Source: Squalus acanthias
Taxonomy: Eukaryota
Length of the DNA stretch: 64,000 nt
Direction of reading: 5' to 3'
NCBI GenBank assembly: GCA_030390025.1
Contig: CM059430.1
Coordinates: 118,048,001-118,112,000, forward strand
In this document: positions 38,681 to 50,699 of the stretch, one piece after another
Numbering within the stretch: position 1 is the first letter of the stretch
How the letters are laid out: each line of letters starts with the position of its first letter
Position numbers and translations under genes: made by a program
Notes under the pieces: generated by a model
Databases searched by the model: none
Seen by the model: the letters and a program-made list of their open reading frames with translations, nothing else
Told to the model about the DNA's origin: nothing

Positions 38681-39019
38681 TACATCCCTGATGGCCTACT
38701 TAATAAATGAATCATTTAATGCTGAGTCAGAGATCAGCAAAGTCCCAGTTTCTTTCCCCAGTCTGAGCTAAGTTAGGCAACATGGCCATTACAAATAGTC
38801 TTAATGTCCCTATATTAGAGAAAGGAGGGGGAAAAAATTAGCAAGCTTCTTGCTACTTGTTGTTATCTAGTGACTGCAAGGGAGAACAAAATTTGACTCA
38901 GGTGTGACTCAGTCTGTGGTCAAATAGGCTGTTCGGGTTCATGCACGAAGAATGACCACACCGGGAGGTGCCAGATTTATACCTCAGCAAAAGTCAGCAC
39001 CGTCAAGAGAGAAAACTGT

Positions 39020-39052
39020 GGAGGGAGGGAGGGAGGGAGGGAGGGAGGGAGG
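39020..39052. repeat. (GGGA)n microsatellite
   Basis: Seen directly. Confidence 0.9.
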
Positions 39053-39603
39053 TGGGAAGCAAAAGAACCTTTTCACCATTATGTAGTGGGCGCAGTACAG
39101 ATGGTATGATGCAGATGAATGACACCAAGGGACACTAGGGTTGTATTACATACTTTAGAGGCAGCAATTTAATTCAAGGACTATACACTATCGACATGTT
39201 CAACTGAATTACTGCCTTGTAACCCATTGCTGTCTGTTGCCATCCATGCAATTCATCGTCAGATGTTCAGTACCAGCCCCCCAGCCCCCCCCCCCCCCCC
39301 CCACTCTCCGGCATGACTCGTCCATGGCTTCCTTTGTGTATTCTACTTCCTTTGGGCCCCAAAATAAATAGTAACTCCCATAAAATTCCATTGCTTGAGA
39401 GCTACTACTGGAGAAGGAAATGATTCAAATTCAAACACAATGTTGAAAGAATGGAGTGTACACAAAAAGACGTCACAATGATCTGAAGGGATATTTGTAT
39501 AGGAAGTGAGATTACACTCTGCCATTTTGATTCAGCATCTATGATTCCATAGGGCCAGCCTAATCCAAGAGCATGCTGTCAGGAATGGTGGGCTCTGCAG
39601 CCA

Positions 39604-39676
39604 ATGTAGATAGCTCAGTCGGTAGAGCATCAGTCTGTTAATCTGAGGGTCCAGGGTTCATGTCCCTGTTCGGGCG
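39604..39676 (+). pseudogene. tRNA-Lys(TTT)-derived pseudogene with anticodon changed to GTT
   Basis: GATAGCTCAGTCGGTAGAGCATCAGtCTgTTAATCTGAGGGTCCAGGGTTCAtGTCCCTGTTCGGGCG matches vertebrate tRNA-Lys(UUU). The first 5 acceptor-stem nt are missing, pair 31:39 is mismatched, and A58 is T. Confidence 0.85.
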
Positions 39677-39685
39677 CTGCTTTAA

Positions 39686-39745
39686 TGGCAGAACAGGCTT
39701 GAGGGGCCGAATGGCCTACTCCTGCTCCTATCTTCTATGTTTCTA
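39686..39745 (+). mobile_element. CR1-type LINE 3' tail directly downstream of the tRNA-like sequence
   Basis: tggcagaacaggcttgaggggccgaatggcctactcctgctcctat resembles the reverse complement of the CR1 3' ends at 24343 and about 23500. Confidence 0.75.
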
Positions 39746-40404
39746 AGGAATCCAGCAGGAAGGGCAAAGGAGTTTAGGGCAAAGCTGTCTAGTCTGAGAT
39801 ATCGCTACAGTTTTGCTGTATAAAAATATTTAGCTGAGCCAAACTAGTTTCGAGAGGTCCCAGGTTGAATCTTGGTTTGCATCAAGTTAGCTGATATCAG
39901 CTGAAATAGTGGTACAAAATGCTACAAACATCCTCAAGCACCTCTGTATTATAGAGAAATAATCAGGCAGGGTTTCTGTTCCTGATCGCTATCCACCCAT
40001 CCTTGCTGGAAAGTAAACTTTTGTGGATACTGGAGGAAAACAGGACCAAAGCTAGGATGGTCACCCATCCCAGGGTTTACTAGACTGCTGGCACTCACTC
40101 TTCAGGTTCGCACATGAAGATTGACCACTTAATTGAGGTAATAGCCTGCATTAGTGCCAGTAGAACCAACAAATGGTTAAACAGCAAATAACCTTTAGGA
40201 GACAAGGAGGGGTGCGGAAAGGCAGAAAGGGGGGAGGGGAAGATCACAATTCAATTTTTAATATATTTTATCAACACAAAATCTAATTGATGAAAGTACT
40301 ACGAACGATAACAATTCAAAGAAAAAACAGTCAAGTTCAAGAAACGTTTTAAGGTTGATTTCAGAAGAGCGATCGAGAGGCTCAGACAAAAGAATAAGCT
40401 AGTC

Positions 40405-40770
40405 TCTCAATGGCTCAGTGGGTAAGTATGTTGCCTCATGAGGAACTGGTGTGAACCCTGGTCTGTGCTGATCCCAGCCTTGGTAGAAGTGGAGGCACTA
40501 CATTGACATCAGGACCCAGAACCTTGGGAGGGGGGAATAAAATAAAGTGTAAAGACTCCTTTTCCTGACTGCTGTCCAGTGACCCCTGGGTGAAAAGTAC
40601 ACCTGTGGATGTTGGGTGAGGACAGATTCAGTGTTGGCTGTAATGCCCCTCCATGGTCAAATAGCCAAATTATGTTCACTGGTAGACTGACACAAGATTG
40701 AGCCACTGGTAATGCGCCAGAGGACATGGAACTGTACCTCAAGCATTAGTCAGTGTCTTGAGAGGAGGGA
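40405..40770 (+). mobile_element. Representative copy of an abundant ~350-400 bp SINE-like family
   Basis: Shared core tccagtgacccctg(c)tggaaagt...tgtggatg...ctgtgatgcc...tatactcactg. Other copies lie near 10030, 11040, 16300, 20960, 22110, 26860, 27620, 35790, 39820, 45990, 46950, 51650 and 55780. Confidence 0.7.
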
Positions 40771-41049
40771 GAAATTATAAGCTAAAGGAAATGCCAATAT
40801 GGGCTTTTTTCTTTATGCGAGGTGAAAGAAATGCAAGCTGTTCTTTAACCTTTTAAAATTTGGTTTTGCTGTTCTGCAATAAAAACAATCAAAGAGCCAA
40901 TTTCCGGCATTGTTTTGTACCGGTGAGTTTTAGGAGCACCTGTATTCAGCCCCCTCTTATCAGGAATCTATTCAAGATTCCTGAATCTATAGGGATAAGA
41001 AAACTAATCATTAGAATATAACAGTGCAGTCACAGTAGAGGACATAGAA

Positions 41050-41200
41050 CCCAACAGCACTGTGGGAGTACCATTACCACACGGACTGCAGCGGTTCAAG
41101 AAGGCGGCTCACCACCACCTTCTCCAGGGCAACTAGGGATGGGCAATAAATGCTGGAATTGCCAGCGACGCCCTGATCCCATAAACAAATAATAAAAAAA
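41050..41200 (+). mobile_element. 3' tail of the same LINE family as 48855-50494
   Basis: Near-identical to 50345-50490 (caacagcactgtgggagtacc...gggcaactagggatgggcaa), followed by an A-rich tail. Confidence 0.85.
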
Positions 41201-41834
41201 ATAGATCAAGAATTCATTGATGGCACAAAAGCCCTGTGAAAGTATGGGCAAATGCGCAGACGCACACACCCCTCCCATAAACTTGTTTTTTTTGAAAGAG
41301 TGGGAGGCTACACGTTCCACCAATAACACCAAGAACTCAGTATCGCATTTAAAAGCTGAAAGTCCTTCAACAAAACAGAGCGCGACAGTCTCGTGTTTGT
41401 TATGTTGTTGGCTTTGTCGTGTTCCAAGTTCCATTCCTATTAAGTAAAGATTACATCAGTTGGCAGTCAGGGTGCTGCCTTTTAATCCCAGCTGTACAAC
41501 AGGTACAGCAGTTAAAAATAGAACAGTCATGTCAACTGGACAGCCATGGTAGATCTTATTTACACAAGTGCACCTTGTCCATGCCCACAGTTTCCCACCC
41601 AATGAGCCCTGATCTCAATCAGGCTGCAGAAAAGTGTGAGGCTGCACAAGAGGGTGCTTCTCCTAAGAGGAGAGTCAAAATATGGGACAATTTGCCTCTT
41701 TTGGATGCTTTATGGCCTCTCCAACTCACTGCTGATAAAGCCAGCACAGCCAGGTTGGTTGACTCATTAGGGGAATGAACTTGCAACAAAAATGGGACAC
41801 ATTAAAATGGGCAGTTAACTTAGACATGTCCTAC

Positions 41835-44289
41835 CTCAGATAAAGAGGGCTGCAACTGGTTGGATCTTGTAGAGGGATGAGGTTCTTCCAGGTGACTGTT
41901 ATCTGGATGGAAATACTGATAATGTAGTGTTGGACCTGGGTCAGAGTGTTGCACCTGCTGTACGTGAGAGACGCGATGCTCATTCAAAGTGCTTGATTTA
42001 TTTGGTTTGAGTGGCTCTAAATTTTCACATTTACATTCCTGCTCACGTAGCTCCTCTCCTTGTCTGTGGTGTATTGCTTGCTCCAAATCTCTAGATGAAT
42101 ATTGCCCAGAGTGTTGACTGACTCGACCTGTAGAGTGCTGGAAGATTTCTTCTGCAGATTTCCTCAGATGATCACTTGGAAGGGCATGTAACTTACTGCA
42201 AAAGCTCTGGCCTTTAGATTTTCCTATGGTACTTGATTTACTCTGAAGTCCTACAAAATTGCAAGAATCAGACCCTGAGAAACATTTACTGGTCTCTTCA
42301 AAGAATTTTCTCCTCTCTGCAAAGGACACCAGTGGGGAGGTATCTGGTTCCTGTAGCTCTGCTGTTGCACAAGGTTTCATCTCATCGGACTCACCTTCTT
42401 TTATCACCTTACTTTGAGATTCCAGCTTATCCTCTGGTGTCCATCTCCATTGGCCAGTTCCACAGGCTTCCTGAGCAGTCTTCTGCTCATCAAAGTTCTG
42501 GGATAATGAACCAGTTCCTGTTTTGCATCTGTCTGGTGAAACATGAGAGTTGCCAGCCACTGGATATAAATTCATACTTCCTGGTTTATGATCCTTTGCC
42601 ATGCAGTCCAGGGTTTTATTGGGGTCTGTGGTCTGTGTTTTTGTGCCTGTAGTTTCTTCTGCTGTGCCAATGACATCAGGCTCACCAGTAATGCAAGTAT
42701 AGAAACTGGACGGCTTCTCTCTTGAGTCACCCATTTCTTCTGAAGCTTCTTCCATTTGGAGCAGCACAGCTGCACTCTTGTTCTTCTGCAGCTGAGCTTT
42801 CTTTATTTGTATTTCATTACGTAAATTTGTGGCAAAGCGGTCACTTTTGCGCCGCATTCTGGCTACTCTAGAACCTGATACCCGAGCATTTCTGCCAGTT
42901 TCATTCTTGGCTTCTTCCAAATCTGTCTCGTCTTCCAAAGTCTGGCCGCTTGAGGACGTGCTTCCAATCTCACTCATTTGAACTGGTGGTATTGAAGGCA
43001 CCTGTATGCTTTGCTGTTGGGCTGTAATTTCAACAGATGCTCTTCTGCAACTTGTACTACTACTAGGCTCACCTTTGCAAGGGGAAGAATGGAGCTGACT
43101 ATCTAAACAGTGACCACAGGTGGCTACTTCAATTTCTTCTTGTTTCCCCTTCGGTATAGATTCAGAACTCAAGGAGTTCTCTTTCATCTGCTTTTCAAAT
43201 GAAGAATCAATTTTGTTTAAAGCTTTATGAGGATGTCCTATGTTGGACTGATATCCCTGCTGAGGTATTGACACACTGTTGGCCCATTCATGACTTTCCT
43301 GATCATACTGTAATCCCAAACCATTTTTGCCACAGTCTGAAATCGTTAGTGAATGCAAATGGGCTGACAACAACTTCTCAGGTGCACTGTGCCTATGCAA
43401 ATTCAAAGGCAATCTTTCATTCTGCTCCACTCGATTCAGGCTCAGGTATTGACTGGCAACAAACGATGGATCAATCAAATTGCATAAATCTAACTGCCCC
43501 ATCAAATATCGACTGGATTTTCTTGGGAATGTTGTATTTTCATGTGAAATAATATCTTCACTGTGCCTGTGAGAATGACAAGAATGCCTTGGTTGTTGTC
43601 TTAACAAGCAGCAACACTCTATTGGGCAATGGCTGGATGCTAGGTTACTAGAGTGCAGGGCAGTGCCTGTAGAGCATTTAGGAATACAGGTATAATATTC
43701 TCCCTCAGAATCTTTGTCTCTCGTAGATAACAAGGTTTCAGAAGTCCACCTTCCGGGACGAAGCAACAGGTTTGTCGCTGTAAATGCCTCAGAATTAGTC
43801 ACGCACAGAGATGCAGAGCGAGCTTTAGTTGCCACAAAACTTTCCCTGCGAACAGGTAGTGGGGGAGGGGCCGATTTGGTAGAACTTGCAGCACTTGCTT
43901 CACGTACATGGGATGGCAGCATGTTGTCACTTTCAGATGACCCCTTCCCACAGTGTGAACAAAGCTGCTCTTCAGCTGGCCGTTCCCCACCTTCACTTCC
44001 ACTTTGAAGGTACTGGGCGTCTCCATACCTGGTTGGCAGCCATGGTCCCAAGCCATGTAGTATACTGTCCATGGAGGCAGACTCATCAGTCTTCACCGAC
44101 GAAGACAGAGTGTAGTCAGAGGCGTTAGAGCTTGCAGAAAATGAGCTGTAGGCAGAGTCTCTTTTGTTAGGATACGTGCTTTGGTCACAGATTTGGCTGG
44201 GTTGGTCAAGGCTGTCCATACTTCCAAATGAGCTCCTCTGATCTGAGCTACGATGGAGAGCTAGTTGATCCCACTGCATAGGAAAGTCA
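41835..44289 (-). CDS. SHROOM4: SHROOM4-like large central exon (2455 nt, phase 2 to 0)
   Basis: Lies in the 850-aa ORF. Acceptor gtcttccag, donor GAG|gtagga. Contains SSFGSMDSLDQ, RDSAYSSFSASSNASD, PPLPVRRES, RFATNLRNEIQIKKAQLQK and WRWTPE. No ASD1 signature was recognised, consistent with SHROOM4. Confidence 0.9.
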
Positions 44290-45039
44290 CTGGAAGACAC
44301 AACAGAATGTAAATACATTTTAAAATGCCATGGAAATCTGATTTTTTTCCTGCAACATGTGTGAACAAGCAATTTGTAACTGCCTCATTTTGGGTGCCTG
44401 TACTACTATTTTCTGCTATATGGCTACAAGTGGTCTAGCTTATAATGTACTGTAAACAAGTTCCTTGCTGAGGCTAATATTACATACAAAAGGTTGGTGG
44501 GACTTAGGGTTTGTATTTGTCATTATATTTGTCATGGTGATCTCTGGAACTTATTTTGATCACCTTTGGGGGCCAGAGAAGACGTTCTCAGATTTTTTTC
44601 CCCTTTAATATAACGTGCAATAGCCCGAAATCCCAAAATGTGACCGAAGGACTGAATCATTATGCCACAGTGTATTATTCTGCTGCTCAGCGAGAGCGGT
44701 GTTCAACCTGGCCTGTGCCTTTACGAATGCAAAGTTTAGTACATGCCGAACTAAATTAGAGGCTATTGTAGGCAAGGGTATTAAGGTTATAGAACCAAGG
44801 CAGGTAGATGAAGTTAAGATATAGATCAGATATGATCTAACTGAATGGTGGAACAGGTTAGCGGGGCTGAATGGCTACATGCTAAATTAGAGGCTAATTA
44901 CTTCTGCTGAGGGAAGATTGGATCAGAGAAAAAACAAAATCAGAGAAGAAAACCCAGAAAGAGAATAAAAAAGAAGAACACTGGGAAAATTAGAAAGGAT
45001 GAGCAAAAAGAGAGCGAGCGAGAGAGAGAACTCTCTCTT

Positions 45040-45315
45040 AAATATAAGGTAGTCACTAATAAATCCAAAAAGGAATTCAGGAGAAACTTTGTTACCCAGA
45101 AAGTGGAACTCACTACCAGGTGGAGTAGTTGAGGCGAATAGCATAGATGCATTTTAGGGGAAGCTGGATAAACACATGAGGGAGAAAGGAATATAAGGTT
45201 GTGCTGATAGGGGTAGATGTAGTAAGGTGGGAGGAGGCTCATGTGGAGCATAAACACTAGCACAGACTAGTTGGGCCGAATGGCCTGTTTCTGTGCTGTA
45301 AATTCTATGTAATTT
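45040..45315 (+). mobile_element. CR1 LINE 3' tail
   Basis: aggagaaactt ... tgggccgaatggcctgtttctgtgctgtaaattctatg. Confidence 0.8.
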
Positions 45316-46444
45316 GGCCTAGGGATTAAAAATGTTTTTTTTGTCTCTTCCAGGAGATTACATGTGGGAGGGTACACTGGGAGTCATGATGCATAGTTCC
45401 ATCATGACTGTTTGAAACAAGCTTGATGGACCAGCTGGTCTTTTCCTATCTGTCTTTTTGCATGTTTATATGTTCGTAAATCCACTGTTGTGGGAGACAA
45501 GAGAGATCGGTTGCCAGTTACAAAAGAAATAGCGCGGAGGATGAGACCTAGAATAAGGTCTTTTTATACTCCTCACCACAAAGGGCGCAAATATCTTAAA
45601 GGAACTGTGTCTCAAGGTATTTTCCCTCCACAGCATAATAGTATCTTGAAGTTAAATAATGAAACCCAACATACATTGTTTTAAAAACAGCATGAAAAAA
45701 GTTGTAAAATCAAAATGCTTAATGGGAGAGGGGTTTAATGAAGTTTAGAAGTCAGCTGACACTAGCCTCATTCAGCATGCCATCAACACGCATTCCAACA
45801 AAATATTTTTCCAGCCTGACGTTGCACGTGACAGGGCCCCAGTGTAATTAAGACAAATACAATGATTCCTGTCAGCTCAGCAGTAATGACAAACAGCAGC
45901 AAGCTATAAACATCCAAACAAAAGAACAAAATGCAGGAGAATCATGCTGAATAGTCAGCACTCCTAATGTTTACCCCATTTTCTCTCCTCCTCTCCCGTA
46001 GGGGATGTCTCATGTTAGGGTTTGATTCTATGAGCACCGGCTACCCACTGGTACCTCACCCAAGTGACCATTCTTCATGCGAGTGGAGGGCATCACAGTC
46101 AAATTTAATCCAATCCTACACCAATGTCCACACGGGCACATTCCAGCAAGGATCACTGAGAATCAATCAGGAGCAGAAATCCTGATCGACTTTCCCTTCC
46201 CTAGACCAGGGGCACTGAAGCTATTTGTGGTCCCGCAATTATCATGCTAGCTTAGATTAGCTGACTCCGACCAGGATTTGAGCTGGAGGCTTTCTTGTTT
46301 GTATGGCTCAGTACCACACTTTGTTGTGTATTTACCAACTGAGCCTTTTGGGCAAGCTGAACTGTTTTCTTTCACACACCTCATTCCTATCTCATTAGCA
46401 ATGCTAGCTGCTACTTACAGTAACAGTCCAGAGACTCGACTCAC

Positions 46445-46576
46445 CTGGAGTCATATCCTGAGTGCCACGACAGACTGAGGGACCCTGATGAATAGTGCAT
46501 CCTAGTGGCCTCAGGCTGTGCCTCTGATAACTTGGCCAGGTGCCATGTGTACGGTCTTATCCCTGGACCATTCCTC
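46445..46576 (-). CDS. SHROOM4: SHROOM4-like coding exon following the PDZ exons (132 nt, phase 2 to 2)
   Basis: Acceptor ttcttctttcag and donor AG|gtgagt. Encodes RRNGPGIRPYTWHLAKLSEAQPEATRMHYSSGSLSLSWHSGYDS, which matches the Shroom post-PDZ RPHSWH..K..E / SLSWHSG motifs. Confidence 0.9.
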
Positions 46577-48854
46577 CTGAAAGAAGAAAACACACAAGTG
46601 TGAGCTATAGATGCAAGGTAATGAAACACTTAATTTTGTCTGGTAACTGGTCACTTATCTCATTGCTGTTTGTAGGCCTTATCTGCGTACAAAACAGCAA
46701 CTACACCTCAAAAGTACTTAAGTTATCTGTGAAGCACTTTGGGATGTCCTGAAGACATGAAAGGTATTATACAAATGTAATTCATTTTGTTTTTCTTTAC
46801 AAGAAGAGGAGCCAACTAAGGGCAGTATGCGACAAATGCAAAACAGGCGGGTATTTTGATAGGACTGATGCACCTTAAAGCTACATTCAAAGTTTATTTC
46901 AATTTGGGTGCTATTTGGTCCATTGCAATTTCCACAGCTTCCCCAAGTTTCCCTCTTCTTTCTTGAAAGTGGCGATTCTCACTGTGGTACAGTTCCACAG
47001 GCACTGGCCGCACTCCAGTACCTCGCCCAGATGCCATTCTTCACCGGCGAGCGTCTAGCGTGAATGTTCGTGGGCTTTTCTAGCATGGGAAACAACTCCC
47101 GTCACTAGTGGTCACCATCAACAATGGTCACTAGACAGTGGTCAGAAGAGGGAACCCAGCTGATTTTTTTCCCTCCCTCACCCATGGAGACTAAAGTTAA
47201 TTGTAGGACACAATTGTCACCCTGGTGAGATCAGCTAACTCTTCAACCCGATCTGCGTGGCTCAGTACCGCATCCAGCACTGCATTTACCCATTGAGTCA
47301 TCAATGGGGCTCCTGTTCTTACTGTTTCATATCTTTTGTCCTTCAGTCCAATTTCTCCTCCTCTCAAAACAAAGAAAATCCCTCTCTGCACTAACCGTGC
47401 CTGTGCCAGCTAAAAGGGGCACCGTCTTTGAATGAAAAAGTAATTTGTCAAACCCTTTTGTATTTGGAAGCACAGAAGGCAGTGTTGGAAACCAATAGAA
47501 ATGCATAACTGTCCCACTCACATATGGCACCACCCTGAGAAAAATGGTGCACAAATCTTCTCTCCCCCCAACAAAAAAAAGCTTACTACATATTTTATTC
47601 ATGAAGATGATAACCTTTTAACAAGTCCGGACTGTTTCTACAGCAAAGCACTCAAGCTCTGTATTGCTCAAAGAAACACCAACTCGCATCTCAGTCAGTC
47701 ACCAAGTCTCCTCAATTGGCAAGAATTAGTACACCAGATCCATTTCCCTTCAGAGCAGTTTGTTAGCCTTGTTAGATACAGTTCAGACGGAAGAGTCCAG
47801 GCTGACAGCTGCAGGTGGTAGCAAGGCCAACACCTGCCCCATAACAGAAGTTCAGCAATTAGAAGCAGGTCCTGTGCCAGTTGTCAAGTCAAAAGACTTC
47901 AATAAATAATTCAGCATGCTTCCAGAAAATATGCAAAGGTTCGACAATGCAAAATAAAGAGAGACTAGCACAATGTAGAAGCTGTGCCACCTAGCGCTCA
48001 AACTTTCCGACACGATTCCACGGGGTCGTTGTTTACAGGATCACAGAACAGGGTTCTGAGTTGCCAGTCACAAAACCTTGCACTTTCCACCATTAGTAGA
48101 CCCATTTAAAGAGGATGTATCGCCATCAGATCCACGATTAAAAAAGGGAGTTCTGGCCACATAGCTTCAGAAGAACCACAACAAATGAAGGACAATGGAG
48201 CTTGAATTACTGAGTCTGACTGTGTAAGGGAGATACAGTCAGTAACACAGATGCTGGCTGCAAGGAGTTACTGAGCTGGATAGTGCACAGGCCATAAAAG
48301 GTGTCAATCATTTACAGTGAGAATCACTCATCTTTAAAAATGTCACATTTTGATGTACATTACTCTGAAAAATAAACAAACACTTTGATATGTTTTAAAG
48401 AGTTTGCAATCAGTCTCACTTTTTTTTTGATTATAATTCTCACTGGTAACATTTCCTCAAAGTTCAGAGCTCGTAACATGAGGGAGCTGAATTAACATCA
48501 GTACAGGTGCATTCAGTATAACATGGTGCTGGGTGGAAGAAGTTACTGAGCCTGATAGTGCAAGGGAGCTGGATTGTGCATAGAGAATTTCTAGTTACAC
48601 AGGACAGTCAGGAGCCAGTCTCCCCAAGCACACCGTTGAACTCTGCAAGTAATAATCAGTTCTCTGCTTTTACTTCACAGAAACTACTCCCTTAGTCTGC
48701 TGGAAGATTCACAAAACCTCATTTTCATGGGTCTACAATCCAGTCGGTTCACAGAGTCTCAGCTCCTTCACACTACTGGAATGCACCCCATTGAGGGAGA
48801 GCAGGATGTTTGCCTCTGCCTACACTCCCCAAGTGGAAGCACAACTAGAGTCAA

Positions 48855-50494
48855 CACAGAAGCCAGTCTTCAGCCAATTCGATTCACTCCACGTGATATC
48901 AAGAAAAGGCTGAATACAGCAAAGGCTGTGGGCCCCGACAACATCCCGGCTGACATGCTGAAGACTTGTGCTCCAGAACTAGCCACGCCTCCAGCCAAGC
49001 TGTTCCAGTACAGCTACAACACTGGCATCTATCCAACAATGTGGAAAACTGCCCAGGTATGTCCTGTCCACAAAAAGCAGGACAAATCCAATCTGGCCAA
49101 TTACCGCCCCATCAGTCTACTCTCAATCATCAGCAAAGTGTCGTTGTCGTCGACAGTGCTATCAAGCAGTACTTACTCATCAATAACCGGCATCTCTGCA
49201 TCATGATCAATAACCTGCACACTGATGCCCAGTTTGGGTTTCCGCCAGCACCACTCGGCTCCCGACCTCATTACAGCCTTGGTCCAAACATGGACAGAGG
49301 ATCTAAATTCCAGAGGTGAGCTGAGAGTGACTGCCCTTGACATCAAGGCAGTATTTGACCAAGTGTGGCATCAAGCAGCCCTAGTAAAACTGAAGTCAAT
49401 GGGAATCGGGGGGAAAACTCTCCACTGGCTGGAGTCATACCTAGCACAAACGAAGATGGTTGTGGTGGTTGGAGGTCAATCATCACAGCCCCAGGACATC
49501 GCTGCAGGAGTTCCTCAGGGCAGTGTCCTAGGCCCAACCATCTTCAGCTGCTTCATCAATGACCTTCCCTCCATCACAAGGTCACAAGTAGGGATGTTCG
49601 CTGATGACTGCACAGTGTTCAGTGCCATTCGCAACTCCTGAGATAATGAAGCACTCCATGCCCGCATGCAGCTAGACCTGGACGACATTCAGGCTTGGGT
49701 TGATAAGTGGCAGGTAACATTTGCGCCACAGAAGTGCCAGGCAATGACTATCTCCAACAAGCGAGCGTCTAACCATCGCCCCTTGACATTCAACGGCATT
49801 ACCATCGCCGAATCCCCCACCATCAATATCCTGGGGGGGTCACCATTGACCAGAAACTTAACTGGACCAGCCACATAAATACTGTGGCACCAAGAGCAGG
49901 TCAGAGGCTAGGTATTCTGCGGCAATTGTCTCACTTTCCTGACTCCCCAAAGCCTTTCCACCATCTACAAGGCACAAGTAAGGAGTGTGATGGAATACTC
50001 TCCACTTGCCTGGATGAGTGCAGCTCCAACAACGCTCAAGAAGCTCGACACCATCCATGACAAAGCAGCCCGCTTGATTGGCACCCCATCCACCACCTTA
50101 AACATTCACTCCCTCCACCACCGGCATACCGTGGCTACAGTGTGTACCATCTACAAGATGCATTGCAGCAACTCGCCAAGGCTTCTTCGGCAGCACCTCC
50201 CAAACCCGCGACCTCTACCACTTAGAAGGACAAGGGCAGCAGGCCCATGGGAACACCACAACCTCCAAGTCACACACTATCCTGACTTGGAAGTATATCG
50301 CCGTTCCTTCATCGTCTCTGGGTCAAAATCCTGGAACTCCCTCCCTAACAGCACTGTGGGAGTACCTTCACCACACGGACTGCAGCGGTTCAAGGCGGCG
50401 GCTCACCTCCACCTTCTCAAAGGCAACTAGGGATGGGCAACAAATGCTGGCCTTGCCAGCGACGCCCACATCCCATGAACGAATAAAAGAAAAA
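48855..50494 (+). mobile_element. 5'-truncated non-LTR retrotransposon (RT domain to A-rich tail), disrupted
   Basis: Motifs [42 protein letters not shown] and MFADD, broken by stops and frameshifts. Clade not assigned. Confidence 0.9.
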
Positions 50495-50581
50495 GTAACA
50501 CGGGGCTGGGTGAGTGTGGTTACTGAGACCGATAGTATGAGAGAGCTGAAGTAACATTAGTAGATATACAGAAGTAACACA

Positions 50582-50699
50582 TCTTTAACTTTTTGCGGTT
50601 CTGATGAAAGGTCATCGACCTGAAACGTTAACTCTGTTTTTCCCTCCACAGATGCTGCCTGACCAGCTGAGTATTTCCAGCATTTTCTGTTTTTATTTC
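50582..50699 (+). mobile_element. Short Penelope-like element carrying a minimal hammerhead ribozyme motif
   Basis: 9-bp TSD agtaacaca (50573-50581, 50700-50708). Contains CTGATGA, a stem, then GAAA. Confidence 0.65.
50597..50633 (+). ncRNA. Minimal type I hammerhead ribozyme-like motif
   Basis: ggtt-CTGATGA-a-aggtc(atc)gacct-GAAA-cg-TT-aact: stem I ggtt/aact, 5-bp stem II, and a palindromic ACGT in place of stem III. Confidence 0.55.

Noticed and set aside
39604-39676. Functional tRNA-Asn gene
   Set aside because: It has a Lys-type body, an unpaired acceptor stem, a mutated A58 and a fused LINE tail.
41835-44289. Assignment to SHROOM1, SHROOM2 or SHROOM3
   Set aside because: No ASD1 signature was seen, and the motifs (SASSNASD, RFATNLRNEIQ, WEKYRL, CLRESL end) fit SHROOM4 best as recalled. 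A phylogeny is needed to confirm.
44290-44372. ORF-track N-terminal extension of the 850-aa ORF (similar read-through at 13285-13608)
   Set aside because: Intronic sequence outside the splice sites that give a continuous, motif-consistent reading frame.
48727-50430. Active reverse transcriptase gene
   Set aside because: 5'-truncated, lacks an endonuclease, and carries stops, frameshifts and a nested insertion.
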